NCBI GenBank assembly: GCA_035499735.1
Contig: DATJYC010000001.1
Span: 46,016-110,015, forward strand
DNA length: 64,000 bases
Direction: 5' to 3'
Source: Burkholderiales bacterium
Lineage (GTDB): Bacteria; Pseudomonadota; Gammaproteobacteria; Burkholderiales; SG8-39
Below are positions 19,972 to 30,207 of the stretch, one piece after another. Positions within the stretch are counted from its first letter, which is position 1. The number at the start of each line of letters is the position of its first letter. A model generated the notes under the pieces. That model did no database searches, was not told the DNA's origin, and saw only the letters and a program-made list of their open reading frames with translations. The position numbers and the translations under genes are program-made.

Positions 19972-20600
19972 TCGTCGAGCTCATCGACGCTGTCGACGCT
20001 GGCGACCGGCTCCAGGACCTCGAGGTCGGCCTTCGCATGGGCGCCGTAGCTGACCGCCACCGCCGGCACGCCGGCGTGCGCCGCCATCTGCAGGTCGTGC
20101 ACTGTGTCGCCGATCATGAGCGTGTTCGCTTCGTTCGCGCCCAGCTCGCCCATCAGCTCGAGCAGCATGTCCGGAGCGGGCTTGGGCGCGCACTGGTCGG
20201 CGCAGCGCGAGGAGGCGAACAGCGGCCGCAAGCCGGTGTTGTCCAGCGCCCGCTGCAGGCCCGCACGGCTCTTTCCGGTGGCGATCGCGAGCGTGTGGCC
20301 GCGGCCGCGAAGCAAGGAGAGCATCTGCGCGACACCGTGGAACAGCGGGATCTCCGCATCGCGAGCAAGAAAGTGCTTGCGGTAGCGCTCGACCATCCGG
20401 CCGTAGTCGGCCGGGGGAAGCCCCGGCACCGCGTAGGCGAGCGCGTCTTGCAGTCCCAGCCCGATTACATGGCTCGCGCGCGCGGCGTCGGGCACGGGCA
20501 GCCCGAGATCGCGGCAGGCGGACTGGATGCACCAGACGATGGCGCCTGCCGAATCGATCAGCGTACCGTCCCAGTCGAAAACCAGCAGCTCGTAGCGCAT
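19950..20600 (-). CDS. HAD-superfamily hydrolase (phosphoglycolate-phosphatase-like)
   Basis: 216 aa. LVFDWDGTLIDS (DxDGT), ATGKSR, and IGDTVHD motifs. Confidence 0.85.
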   Translation of the reverse strand: MRYELLVFDWDGTLIDSAGAIVWCIQSACRDLGLPVPDAARASHVIGLGLQDALAYAVPGLPPADYGRMVERYRKHFLARDAEIPLFHGVAQMLSLLRGRGHTLAIATGKSRAGLQRALDNTGLRPLFASSRCADQCAPKPAPDMLLELMGELGANEANTLMIGDTVHDLQMAAHAGVPAVAVSYGAHAKADLEVLEPVASVDSVDELDEWLQRNA

Positions 20601-21529
20601 CAGCGGGGGAGTGAATCGAGAAAGCGCCGAAGGGCCTCGGGAAGCGGCGAGGAAAGTTTGATTTCCCTGCCGGTGGCCGGGTGCACGAAATCCAGTTCCG
20701 CCGCGTGAAGAAAGAGGCGCGCCAGCCCCTGCCTCGCGAGCACCCGGTTGTTCTCATAGTCGCCGTACTTCTCGTCCCCGGCGACCGGAAAGCCCAGATG
20801 CGCCAGATGCACGCGGATCTGGTGGGTGCGGCCGGTGAGCAGATCCGCCGAAAGCAGCGTGAAGTCGCGCAGCGACCGCTCGCGGCGAAACACCGTCCGC
20901 GACTCGCGCCCCTCGCGGTGCACGCTGACCCGCCGCTCGCCCGATTTCGTCAGGTACTTCTTCAGGGGCAGGTCGATGCGGCGTTCCTCCTCGCGCCATT
21001 TCCCCGGTACCAGGGCAAGGTAGCGCTTGTGCACCCTGCCCTCGCGCAGCGCCGCGTGGAGCGCGGTAAGCGCGGAGCGCTTCTTGGCGAGAATGAGCAG
21101 CCCAGAGGTGTCCCGGTCGAGGCGATGAGCGAGCTCGAGAAACTTGAGCTGCGGCCTCGCCGCGCGGAACTGCTCGATCACGCCGAAGCTCACTCCGCTC
21201 CCCCCGTGCACCGCGAGTCCGGCGGGCTTGTCGACGACGAGCAGCGCCTCGTCCTCGTGAACGACCGCGGGTAGGGAGGCGGTCCGGGGTACGGGCCTGG
21301 AGGTCCGCCCGGCTATGCGCAGCGGCGGAATACGGACCTTGTCGCCGGGCCGAAGCCGATAGGTCGGGTCCACGCGCCGGCTGTTGACCCTGACCTCCCC
21401 GGTGCGCAGGACACGGTAGATATGGCTGCGCGGCACCCCCTTGCAAACGCGCATCAGAAAGTTGTCGACCCGCTGCCCCTCACTCGCGGAATCGACCTCC
21501 ATCGAGGCCACGTTGCTTAAATCCTTCAT
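20600..21529 (-). CDS. rluC: 23S rRNA pseudouridine synthase, RluC type
   Basis: 309 aa. S4 domain (GQRVDNFL), HRLDRDTSGLLILAK catalytic Asp motif. Conserved position divergent from rne. Confidence 0.9.
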   Translation of the reverse strand: MKDLSNVASMEVDSASEGQRVDNFLMRVCKGVPRSHIYRVLRTGEVRVNSRRVDPTYRLRPGDKVRIPPLRIAGRTSRPVPRTASLPAVVHEDEALLVVDKPAGLAVHGGSGVSFGVIEQFRAARPQLKFLELAHRLDRDTSGLLILAKKRSALTALHAALREGRVHKRYLALVPGKWREEERRIDLPLKKYLTKSGERRVSVHREGRESRTVFRRERSLRDFTLLSADLLTGRTHQIRVHLAHLGFPVAGDEKYGDYENNRVLARQGLARLFLHAAELDFVHPATGREIKLSSPLPEALRRFLDSLPR

Positions 21530-21896
21530 TTTGTTTATGATCTGCGCGCTGCTTCCGTCGCGGGACGGCTGCTTGTATATGCGAAGGTGCGGATGGTTCG
21601 CCCCCAGACAAGACTGGCTACCCTGTCCCCGGTTCCGATGCCGCCGATGGCAACGCCATCGCTCCGCGCAGGGACCCGAAGCCGCAAAGGCGGTTGGTTA
21701 TCCAACCAGTGGAGATTAACTAGATAGTAATAGAACAGCGCGCCGACAGCATATCGGCAGATTCAGCGGGTCCTGTGCTCAGCGGCCCGAAAGACAAACC
21801 ACCCACGCGTTCTCATGATCCAACGATCGATGATGCGAGACTAGCCTTCACAACAGGCCTTGGTTTGTCCTGCCCGTGCGCGCGGGAGATAGAAAA
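21530..21896 (+). promoter_or_regulatory. rluC-rne divergent promoter region and long structured rne 5' leader
   Basis: 367-bp non-coding gap. It contains an AT-rich island (GAGATTAACTAGATAGTAATAGAAC around 21712-21740) and several hairpins (CGATGGC-aac-GCCATCG, GGTTGG-ttat-CCAACC, GCCGA-cagcata-TCGGC). RNase E genes typically carry autoregulatory leaders. Confidence 0.5.
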
Positions 21897-24464
21897 ATGA
21901 AGCGCATGCTTTTCAATGCGACACAGGCCGAAGAACTCCGTGTCGCGATTGTCGACGGTCAGAAGCTCATAGACCTCGACATTGAATCGGCCGCGAAGGA
22001 GCAGAGGAAGAGCAACATCTACAAGGGTGTTATCACCCGCGTAGAGCCCAGCCTCGAAGCCGCGTTCGTCGACTACGGCACCGAGCGCCACGGCTTCCTG
22101 CCGTTCAAGGAAGTCGCTCGCCAGTACTTCAAGCCCGGCATCGACGTCGGCCGCGCCCGCATCCAAGACGCGATCTCCGAGGGCGACGAGATGATCGTCC
22201 AGGTGGAAAAGGACGAGCGCGGCAACAAGGGCGCCGCCCTCACCACCTTCATCAGCCTTGCCGGACGCTACCTCGTCCTCATGCCCAACAACCCACGCGG
22301 CGGGGGCGTCTCGCGCCGCGTCGAGGGGGAGGACCGCGACGAGCTGCGCGAGATCATGGACAGGCTCGAGACCCCGGCCGGGATGAGCCTCATCGGGCGC
22401 ACCGCTGGGATCGGGCGTTCCTACGAGGAGCTGCAGTGGGACCTCAGCTACCTGCTCAAGCTCTGGGGCAAGATCGTCGAGGCTACGCAGCCCGCGCGCG
22501 ATTCCGACGGGAAGCTGCTCAACCCTGCCCCCTTCCTGATCTACCAGGAGGGCAGCCTCGTGATCCGCGCCGTGCGCGACTACTTTCAGCCGGACATCGG
22601 CGAGATCCTGATCGACACCGACGCGATCCACGAGCAGACGCTCGCCTTCATGAGCAACGTTATGCCCGACAACGTCGGGCGGGTGAAGCGCTACCACGAC
22701 GACGTGCCGCTGTTTTCGCGCTTCCAGATCGAGCACCAGATCGAGACGGCCTATTCGCGCCAGGTATCGCTGCCGGCCGGCGGCGCGGTCGTGATCGACC
22801 ATACCGAAGCACTCGTTTCGATCGACGTCAATTCCGCCCGCGCCACGCGTGGGCACGACATCGAGCAGACCGCGTTCAACACCAATCTCGAGGCCGCCGA
22901 CGAGATCGCCAGGCAGCTCCGCCTGCGCGACCTCGGGGGGCTGATCGTCATCGACTTCATCGACATGGAGAATCAGCGCAACCAGCGCGAGGTCGAGAAC
23001 CGGCTGCGCGATGCGTTGCGCTACGACCGCGCCCGCGTGCAGATGGGGAAGATATCGCGCTTCGGTCTGATGGAGCTCTCGCGCCAGCGGCTGCGGCCTT
23101 CGCTCGGCGAGGGCAGCAACATCACCTGCCCGCGCTGCAACGGCACCGGCCACATCCGCGGAACCGAGTCCACGGCGCTTCATATCCTGCGCATCATCCA
23201 GGAGGAGGCGATGAAGGAGAACAGCGCCGCCGTGCACGCGCAGGTGCCCGTGGACGTCGCGACCTTCCTGCTGAACGAGAAGCGCGCCGACATCCATTCG
23301 ATCGAGGCGCGGCTTAAGGTGAACGTGGTGCTGATCCCGAACACCCACCTCGAGACCCCGAACTACAAGGTTGAGCGCCTGCGCCACGACGACCTGAACC
23401 AGGCGGACGCGCTTCCCGCCAGCTACAACCTGGTCAGCGTGCCCGCCGAGGAAGAGGTGAAGGAAGAGGCGTCGGAAGAGGTCATCCCCCAGCGCCTTCA
23501 GCCTGCGGTCCGGGGCGTCACGCCCGAGCGCCCCGCTCCAGTGGGCACGCCTGCGCGGCCGCCGCGACCGGAGTCTCCGCCAGTGCGCGCCGAAGCGCGT
23601 CCGGCGGCTGCCCCCCAGCAGGGACTATTAGGCAAGTTCTTGAGCTGGCTCGCCGGCGAAAATGCGCCCCAGGCGGCGCCGCAACCGCAACCCGCGCCGG
23701 CCCAGGCTCCGCGCCGCGAAGGACGGCCCGACCGCCAGGAGCCGCGCCGCGATCGCGGCGACCGCGATCGTTTCCGCCAGCGGGGCGAAGGCCGCGGCGA
23801 GGGCCGCGAAGACCGGCGCGAAGGTCGCGGTGACCGTCCGCGCCGTCAGGACCGGGGAGATCGCCAGCAACACCGCGATCGGCAGCAGCGCGACCAGCAA
23901 CAACGCGACCAGCAGCAGCGCCAGGAGCACCGGCCCAACGACCAACCGCCCCAGCCCGACCGGCCGCCGCAGCAAGGGAACGAGCGCAGGGAAGGCGAGC
24001 ACGGAGGCCGGCGCAGACGCCGGGGCGGTCACGACCGCGGAGATCGCGGAGAGCGCCGCGACGCCCAGGGCAACCGCAACGACGACCAGCGTCAAAGACA
24101 GCCGCGGCCGGACGCTCCGCCTTCGGCCGGACCGACCGCGGCGGAGCTCGCCTCGCTCGAGGCGACTACGCAGAGCGCGCCCGAGGTGCCGCCGGCGCCC
24201 GTCGAAGCGCGCGAGGCGCAGCCCGCATCCGCGCCGAGGCGCGAAGCCCCGCCCCCTCCGCGCGAGCCGGATCCCGCCGAGATCGAGCGCGCCCTGCGCG
24301 AGAGCGGACTCGAAATGGTCCAGACCCGCGAATCCGGCCCGATTGAGCTTCCGCCTGACGCGGAATTCGTTCCTGCCAGGCGCACGCGCCGCCCGCCGCC
24401 GCCGGACAGCAGCGAGCCCCTCGTGCAGGTCGAGACGGTACGTCCGCCGGAATCGAAGGGCTGA
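21897..24464 (+). CDS. rne: ribonuclease E
   Basis: [24 protein letters not shown]...S1 domain, DNase-I-like core, and the CPRCNGTG Zn-link. The C-terminal half is Arg/Asp/Gln/Pro-rich and looks disordered. The ATG at 21897 is preferred over the GTG at 21876. Confidence 0.95.
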   Translation: MKRMLFNATQAEELRVAIVDGQKLIDLDIESAAKEQRKSNIYKGVITRVEPSLEAAFVDYGTERHGFLPFKEVARQYFKPGIDVGRARIQDAISEGDEMIVQVEKDERGNKGAALTTFISLAGRYLVLMPNNPRGGGVSRRVEGEDRDELREIMDRLETPAGMSLIGRTAGIGRSYEELQWDLSYLLKLWGKIVEATQPARDSDGKLLNPAPFLIYQEGSLVIRAVRDYFQPDIGEILIDTDAIHEQTLAFMSNVMPDNVGRVKRYHDDVPLFSRFQIEHQIETAYSRQVSLPAGGAVVIDHTEALVSIDVNSARATRGHDIEQTAFNTNLEAADEIARQLRLRDLGGLIVIDFIDMENQRNQREVENRLRDALRYDRARVQMGKISRFGLMELSRQRLRPSLGEGSNITCPRCNGTGHIRGTESTALHILRIIQEEAMKENSAAVHAQVPVDVATFLLNEKRADIHSIEARLKVNVVLIPNTHLETPNYKVERLRHDDLNQADALPASYNLVSVPAEEEVKEEASEEVIPQRLQPAVRGVTPERPAPVGTPARPPRPESPPVRAEARPAAAPQQGLLGKFLSWLAGENAPQAAPQPQPAPAQAPRREGRPDRQEPRRDRGDRDRFRQRGEGRGEGREDRREGRGDRPRRQDRGDRQQHRDRQQRDQQQRDQQQRQEHRPNDQPPQPDRPPQQGNERREGEHGGRRRRRGGHDRGDRGERRDAQGNRNDDQRQRQPRPDAPPSAGPTAAELASLEATTQSAPEVPPAPVEAREAQPASAPRREAPPPPREPDPAEIERALRESGLEMVQTRESGPIELPPDAEFVPARRTRRPPPPDSSEPLVQVETVRPPESKG

Positions 24465-24473
24465 TCCGGGCGC

Positions 24474-24962
24474 TTATTCGCGGGACGCCCTGGTCAGCGA
24501 GTCGAGCAGGCCGCGCGACGCGTCCTCGAGCATGTCGAGCACCCGCTCGAAATCCTGCGACCCTCCGTAATAGGGATCGGGGACGTCGTCCTGCGCGAAC
24601 GACTTCGCGTACGACATCATGAGCTTCATCTTCCCGGCGGCGACCGGCTGCGCCAGCCGCGAGAGCGCTCGCAGGTGGCCGCGGTCCATTGCGATGACCA
24701 CGTCGAAGCGCTCGAAGTCCGCGCGCTCGACCCTGCGGGCGCGCAAGCCGCTCAGGTCGTAGCCGCGCTGCGAGGCCGCCTCCTGGGCGCGCGGGTCGGG
24801 CGGCTGGCCGACGTGATAGTCGTGCGTCCCGGCGGAATCGGCGACGATCGCCTCCGACATTCCCGCGTCGGCGACGAGCTTGCGAAAGATCCCTTCGGCG
24901 GTCGGCGAGCGGCAGATGTTCCCGGTACAGACGAACAGAACGCCTATCGGCCTCGCGCGCAT
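24474..24962 (-). CDS. low-molecular-weight protein-tyrosine phosphatase
   Basis: Internal start MRARPIGVLFVCTGNICRSPTAEG (CX5R(S) P-loop), plus a DPYYG Asp loop near the C-terminus. Confidence 0.85.
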   Translation of the reverse strand: MRARPIGVLFVCTGNICRSPTAEGIFRKLVADAGMSEAIVADSAGTHDYHVGQPPDPRAQEAASQRGYDLSGLRARRVERADFERFDVVIAMDRGHLRALSRLAQPVAAGKMKLMMSYAKSFAQDDVPDPYYGGSQDFERVLDMLEDASRGLLDSLTRASRE

Positions 24963-25018
24963 CGCACACCCAACCTTGGATAGAATCTCGAAGCGCACAC
25001 TATAGCCGCTGAGGACAT

Positions 25019-25993
25019 ATGGACCGCAATCACCTACTGGCGATCGCCGCGGCGGGATGCATCGCGCTCTCGCCCGGCGCCGGCGTGGCCCAGGACTGGC
25101 CGGCCCGGCCGATACGCGTGGTCATCCCTTTCGCCGCGGGAAGCGTCTCCGAGGCCCTGTTCCGCACCATGACGCCCGGTGTCGAGTCCGATCTGGGACA
25201 GCGGTTCGTCCTCGAGAGCAAGCCCGGGGCCGACGGAGCAATAGGCGCGGGTGAGGTCGTGCGCGCGGCGCCCGACGGATACACGCTGCTGCTCGGGCCC
25301 ACCGCCGTGTTCGCCGTCATCCAGCACATGTTCCCGGGCCTGGGTTTCGACCCGCTCGCCGCGCTCGATCCGATCTCGCTGCTCGCCGATGCGCCGCTGC
25401 TCGCCGTGGTCGGCGCGGACGTCCCTGCAAAGTCGCTCGAGGATCTTGCGCGCTACGTGCGAGCGAGCCCCGGAAAGTACAACTACGGATCCCCCGGATC
25501 GGGGTCGCCCGCCCACCTCACCGGCGCGGCATTCTCGCAGCAGACGGGCAACGCGGTGGTCTACGTCCCCTACAAGGGCACGCCGCCCATGGTCCAGGCG
25601 CTGCTCGCCGGCGATATCCAGATGGCCTTTCCCACCTTGACCGGCATCATCGGACCGATAAGGGCAGGAAAGCTGCGCGTCCTCGCGGTGATGGCGCGCG
25701 AGCGCATGGCGGAGCTTCCCGATGTGCCGACCACGATCGAGGCCGGATTCCCGCAGCTGGTCGGCGGCAACTGGTGGGTCCTGGCCGCGCCCCACGGCAC
25801 CCCTGCGCGCATCATCGAGCGCCTCGCCGCAGATTTCCGCAGGGCGCTCGCCGACGGCGCGGTGCGCAAGCGCCTCGGCGAGCTCGGCCATGTCCCGATT
25901 GGACTCGCACCCGCCGAAACCGCTGCCTTCCTCAAGTCGGAGTCGGCGCGCTACAAGGCCATCGTCGAGCGCGGCGGCATCAAGCCGGAGTGA
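25019..25993 (+). CDS. Bug-family (TctC-like) tripartite tricarboxylate transporter substrate-binding protein
   Basis: 324 aa. Signal peptide, RPIRVVIPFAAGS...ESKPGADGAIGAGEVVRAAPDGYTLLLG Bug signature. Confidence 0.85.
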   Translation: MDRNHLLAIAAAGCIALSPGAGVAQDWPARPIRVVIPFAAGSVSEALFRTMTPGVESDLGQRFVLESKPGADGAIGAGEVVRAAPDGYTLLLGPTAVFAVIQHMFPGLGFDPLAALDPISLLADAPLLAVVGADVPAKSLEDLARYVRASPGKYNYGSPGSGSPAHLTGAAFSQQTGNAVVYVPYKGTPPMVQALLAGDIQMAFPTLTGIIGPIRAGKLRVLAVMARERMAELPDVPTTIEAGFPQLVGGNWWVLAAPHGTPARIIERLAADFRRALADGAVRKRLGELGHVPIGLAPAETAAFLKSESARYKAIVERGGIKPE

Positions 25994-27108
25994 GCGCCTT
26001 GCCCGAGCGACTTCGCGCCGAGCGGCGAGCGCGCCTCGCCGCAGCGATGGCGACGGAGGGCATGGATGTCCTCGTCGTTGCCGGAGACCCGTGGCGCAGC
26101 GACTACCTGCGTTACGCGGCCGACCTCGCCCCGGGCGAAGGTCAGGTCTTCGCTTTCGTCGAGGCAGGACGGGCGGTTCGCGTGGTCGCGGACTCCCCCG
26201 CCGAAGCGGAGCGCTTCCGCGCGGAGCAGCGCGACCTGCAGGTCACCTGGTCGCTTTCGCCGATCGAAGAAGCCGAAGCCGCCATACGTTCGCTGGCTGG
26301 CGCGCGGATCGCGCTCGCCCCGGCCGCTGCGATCCCCTTTCGCCTCGCCGCCGGCCCCCTGCGCTCCAGCGTTGCGTCCGCGACGGCGTTGCTCGATCGG
26401 CTCATGCTGCGCAAGTCCTCCCTCGAGATCGACGCGCTCCGCCGCGCCGCGGCCCTCGCCGACGACGGCTACGCCGTATTCCGCGAAGCGGCGCGCCCGG
26501 GCCGCCCGGAATATGCCCTGGTCGCGGAGGTCGAGGCCTTCTTTCGCTCGCGCGGCTGCCCGGAGAATTTTCAGATTCTCGGCTCCGGCGGCCGCGAGGT
26601 TCGCGGCATGCACCCGCCGACCGAGAGGCGCCTCGCGCCGGGCGACCTCGTGACGACCGAGCTGACGCCATGCATCCAGGGCTACTACGCGCAGATCTGC
26701 CGCACACTGGTGCTCGGCGCGGCGAGCGAGGCCCAGCTGCGCGCCTTCGCCGTGTACGACGAGGCGCTCGCTGCGGGGATCGCCGCCGTGCGCCCCGGAG
26801 CGACCGCCGGAGAAATCGCACGCGCCCAGAACGAAGTGTTCCGCCGCCGCGGCCTGGGCGAATACGTGACTTCGGAGTACACGCGGGTTCGCGGGCACGG
26901 CCTCGGGCTGTACGTGGACGGGCGCCCGGCGCTGCTCGAGGACGTCGGGCTCGTTCTCGAGCCCGACATGACCCTCGTTGTGCATCCGAACACCTACCAC
27001 CCCGAGGTCGGCTACTTCGTTCACGGCGATTCGGTCCGGGTCACCGAAAACGGGTGCGAAGTGCTGACCCGCGCCCCGCGGCGGCTGTTTTCCGTTTCTC
27101 CCGGGTGA
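25990..27108 (+). CDS. M24-fold (creatinase/Xaa-Pro peptidase family) protein with atypical metal-ligand positions
   Basis: GTG start overlapping the Bug stop (GTGA). It has a creatinase_N-like N-domain and a pita-bread C-domain with ...GYYAQICRT...RGHGLGL...LEPDM...VTENGCEVLT. By-eye alignment puts E and Q where the two canonical Asp ligands sit. Confidence 0.7.
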   Translation: MSALPERLRAERRARLAAAMATEGMDVLVVAGDPWRSDYLRYAADLAPGEGQVFAFVEAGRAVRVVADSPAEAERFRAEQRDLQVTWSLSPIEEAEAAIRSLAGARIALAPAAAIPFRLAAGPLRSSVASATALLDRLMLRKSSLEIDALRRAAALADDGYAVFREAARPGRPEYALVAEVEAFFRSRGCPENFQILGSGGREVRGMHPPTERRLAPGDLVTTELTPCIQGYYAQICRTLVLGAASEAQLRAFAVYDEALAAGIAAVRPGATAGEIARAQNEVFRRRGLGEYVTSEYTRVRGHGLGLYVDGRPALLEDVGLVLEPDMTLVVHPNTYHPEVGYFVHGDSVRVTENGCEVLTRAPRRLFSVSPG

Positions 27109-27112
27109 GCGC

Positions 27113-28159
27113 GTGCGGCGCGGACTGATCAGCTGGTCGCGCGAGGAGGTTCCGGCCCCGGTGCTCGACGGCCGCCTCGCGCGCCTCCAGGCAAGAATGC
27201 GTGAGGCGGGACTCGGCGTGCTCCTGATCTACACTTCTTTCGCCCGTCCGAGCGCCGTCGCCTGGCTCACGCACTTCGTTCCCTACTGGAACGAAGGCCT
27301 CCTCGTCGTGCCGCCGGCGGGCGCACCCACGCTGCTCGCGGCGTTCTCGAAACGCATGCACGACTGGATCCGCAGCGTGAGCCACGTGGGCGAGGTCAGG
27401 TCGGTCGCAGCCCTAGGCCGCGCCGCGGTCGACATGGTCGAGAACCTCCCGGCGGCTTCGGCGGTCGGGGTAATTGAGCTCGACGCCCTGCCCTGGACGG
27501 TGGCCGAGCCCCTGCTCGCTTGCTGCGGAGAGCGCCTGACAGACGCGAGCGAGCTCTTCGCGTCGATACGCCAGCCCGCGGACGATACCGAGATCAGGCT
27601 CGCGCAGAAAGCCGCGGACATCGCCGGAAGGGCGATCGCCTCGATTCCACACGGGGCGGTGCGCGCATCCGAAGTCCTCGCCGCAATCGAAAGGTCGGTG
27701 CGGCACGACGGCGCGGAGGAAGTGCTGCAGCGGATCGCACCGGACCTCGGCGGGGGAACGACGCTGCGGCGCCTCGAAGGCGACTGCCATCTCGGCGGGC
27801 GCTATGCGATCGAGCTGTCGATCGCGTACAAGGCGGCCTGGGTGCGCGTCGCGCGCTGCCTTTCCCCGAACGCTCCGCCATCGTGGAAGCAGGCGCAGCG
27901 ATGGACCTCGGACTGGGCGACCGGGACTACCGGCGTATCGGGCGGACCGCCTCCGGGCGCCTTGGCATTCTGGACGCTAGAAGCCTGCGTAGGGACCCGT
28001 CCGTTCTCGGTCGTAGGAAGCGCCATAGGCCCGCGCGGGACGGTGGCCCCCGGCACCCTCGCCTGCTACGCCGTCCAGCTTCAGCTCGCGGACGGCCCCT
28101 GGCTGAGCGGCGGGCCGGTAGTCGTCGGGGGCGAGGGGCCCGGGCGGCTCCTCGCCTAG
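27113..28159 (+). CDS. second, more degenerate M24/creatinase-N-like protein
   Basis: 348 aa, starting 4 nt after the upstream stop. The N-terminal region resembles a creatinase_N domain ([21 protein letters not shown]...). No recognisable HGxG or metal motifs in the C-terminal half. The functional call is weak. Confidence 0.45.
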   Translation: MRRGLISWSREEVPAPVLDGRLARLQARMREAGLGVLLIYTSFARPSAVAWLTHFVPYWNEGLLVVPPAGAPTLLAAFSKRMHDWIRSVSHVGEVRSVAALGRAAVDMVENLPAASAVGVIELDALPWTVAEPLLACCGERLTDASELFASIRQPADDTEIRLAQKAADIAGRAIASIPHGAVRASEVLAAIERSVRHDGAEEVLQRIAPDLGGGTTLRRLEGDCHLGGRYAIELSIAYKAAWVRVARCLSPNAPPSWKQAQRWTSDWATGTTGVSGGPPPGALAFWTLEACVGTRPFSVVGSAIGPRGTVAPGTLACYAVQLQLADGPWLSGGPVVVGGEGPGRLLA

Positions 28160-30207
28160 CCCGGAGTGCTCGCCGGCGCCTCGTCCTCGGGCGAGGCGCC
28201 GAAGAAGCCGCGCCTGAGCTCGCCCAGGCGGTCGCGCGCCTCCGCCGCCTTCTCGAACTCCAGATTGCGAGCGTACTCGAGCATCTGCCTTTCCAGTCGC
28301 TTGATCTCCCGCCCGAGCTGCCTCTCCGACATCGACTCGTAGCGCGCCCGTTCCTGCGCGGCTTTCAGCTGCAGCCCTCCGCCCTCAATGTCGCGCGCAC
28401 CCTCGATCATGTCGCGCACCTGCTTCGAGATGCCGGTGGGCGTGATGCCGCGCTTCGCGTTGAACTCGATCTGCTTGGCCCGGCGCCGGTCCGTCTCCCC
28501 GATCGCCCGCTCCATCGAGTCGGTAACGGTATCCGCGTAGAGGATGGCCATTCCGTTCAGGTGGCGCGCCGCCCTGCCTATGGTCTGGATGAGCGAGCGC
28601 TCCGAGCGCAGGAACCCTTCCTTGTCCGCGTCGAGAATGGCGACCAGCGACACCTCCGGGAGATCCAACCCCTCGCGCAGCAGATTGATGCCGACGAGCA
28701 CGTCGAATTTTCCCAAACGCAGGTCCCGGATGATCTCGACCCGCTCGACCGTCTCGACCTCCGAATGCAGGTAGCGGACCTTGACGCCGTGCTCGGCGAG
28801 GTAGTCGGTAAGCTCCTCGGCCATGCGCTTGGTCAGCGTGGTGACTAGCACGCGTTCGTCGCGCCCGACACGCAGGTTGATCTCGCCGAGGAGGTCGTCG
28901 ACTTGCGTCGAGGCGGGACGCACCTCGAGCACCGGATCGACAAGCCCTGTCGGCCGCACCACCTGCTCCACGATCTGCCCTGACCGTTCGCGCTCGTAAT
29001 CCGCCGGCGTGGCCGAAACGAACACGGTCTGGCGCATCACTCTTTCGAACTCCTCGAACTTGAGCGGACGATTGTCGAGCGCCGAGGGCAGCCGGAAGCC
29101 GTACGCGACGAGGTTCTCCTTGCGTGAGCGGTCGCCCCGGTACATGCCTCCGAGCTGCCCGATGGTGACGTGCGACTCGTCGATGAACATGAGGGCGTTC
29201 GGAGGGAGGTAGTCGATGAGGGTCGGCGGGGGCTCGCCTTCCTTCCTGCCCGAGAGGTGACGCGAGTAGTTCTCTATTCCCTTGCAGAAGCCGAGCTCGT
29301 TCAGCATCTCCAGGTCGAAGCGCGTGCGCTGCTCTAACCTCTGCGCCTCGAGGAGCTTGCCCGCCTTCTGGAAGTGGTCGATGCGCTCGGCGAGCTCGAC
29401 CTTGATGGCCTCGATCGCCCTCAGCGTCGTCGCGCGCGGCGTCACGTAGTGGCTCGACGGATAGACCGTGAAGCGCGGCACCCTCTGGCTCGCGTGACCG
29501 GTGAGCGGATCGAACAGAGTCAGGCTCTCCACCTCGTCGTCCTCGAGCGAGATGCGCAGCGCCGTCTCGGAATTCTCCGCCGGAAAGACGTCGAGGACGT
29601 CTCCCCGCACGCGGAACGCTCCCCGCTTGAACTCGAGCTCGTTCCTCGTGTACTGCATCGCCACGAGGCGCGCGATGATGTCGCGCTGCGACAGCTCCTC
29701 TTTCTCGCGAACGTGGAGGATCATGCCGTGGTAGTCGACCGGGTCGCCGATTCCGTAGATGCACGACACCGTCGCCACGATCACCGCGTCCTCGCGCTCC
29801 AGCAGGGACTTGGTTGCCGAGAGCCTCATCTGCTCGATGTGCTCGTTGATGCTCGAGTCCTTCTCGATGTAGAGGTCGCGAGACGGGACGTAGGCCTCGG
29901 GCTGATAATAATCGTAGTAGGAGACGAAGTACTCGATCGCGTTCTCGGGGAAGAACTCGCGCATCTCGGCGTAGAGCTGCGCCGCCAGCGTCTTGTTCGG
30001 GGCGAGCACCAGCGCCGGCCGTCCGAGGCGCGCGATGACGTTCGCCATCGTGAACGTCTTCCCCGAGCCGGTGACGCCGAGCAGCGTCTGGTAGGAGAGC
30101 CCGTCGCGGATGCCTTCAACGAGCTTCTCGATCGCCTCGGGCTGGTCGCCCGCCGGCGGGAAGGCCTGGGCGAGCCGGAACGGGCTGTCGGGGAAGGCGA
30201 GCATCAT
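28156..30207 (-). CDS. uvrB: excinuclease ABC subunit B
   Basis: Internal start [23 protein letters not shown]...[13 protein letters not shown] (Walker A), DESH, and a C-terminal UVR domain (683 aa). The 1064-aa ORF in the track is a 5' extension running through bioA in another frame. Confidence 0.95.
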   Translation of the reverse strand: MMLAFPDSPFRLAQAFPPAGDQPEAIEKLVEGIRDGLSYQTLLGVTGSGKTFTMANVIARLGRPALVLAPNKTLAAQLYAEMREFFPENAIEYFVSYYDYYQPEAYVPSRDLYIEKDSSINEHIEQMRLSATKSLLEREDAVIVATVSCIYGIGDPVDYHGMILHVREKEELSQRDIIARLVAMQYTRNELEFKRGAFRVRGDVLDVFPAENSETALRISLEDDEVESLTLFDPLTGHASQRVPRFTVYPSSHYVTPRATTLRAIEAIKVELAERIDHFQKAGKLLEAQRLEQRTRFDLEMLNELGFCKGIENYSRHLSGRKEGEPPPTLIDYLPPNALMFIDESHVTIGQLGGMYRGDRSRKENLVAYGFRLPSALDNRPLKFEEFERVMRQTVFVSATPADYERERSGQIVEQVVRPTGLVDPVLEVRPASTQVDDLLGEINLRVGRDERVLVTTLTKRMAEELTDYLAEHGVKVRYLHSEVETVERVEIIRDLRLGKFDVLVGINLLREGLDLPEVSLVAILDADKEGFLRSERSLIQTIGRAARHLNGMAILYADTVTDSMERAIGETDRRRAKQIEFNAKRGITPTGISKQVRDMIEGARDIEGGGLQLKAAQERARYESMSERQLGREIKRLERQMLEYARNLEFEKAAEARDRLGELRRGFFGASPEDEAPASTPG

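Noticed and set aside
21813-23387. 524-aa minus-strand ORF opposite rne
   Set aside because: It is antisense to the highly conserved RNase E catalytic half. It has no recognisable motifs and the same compositional artefact.
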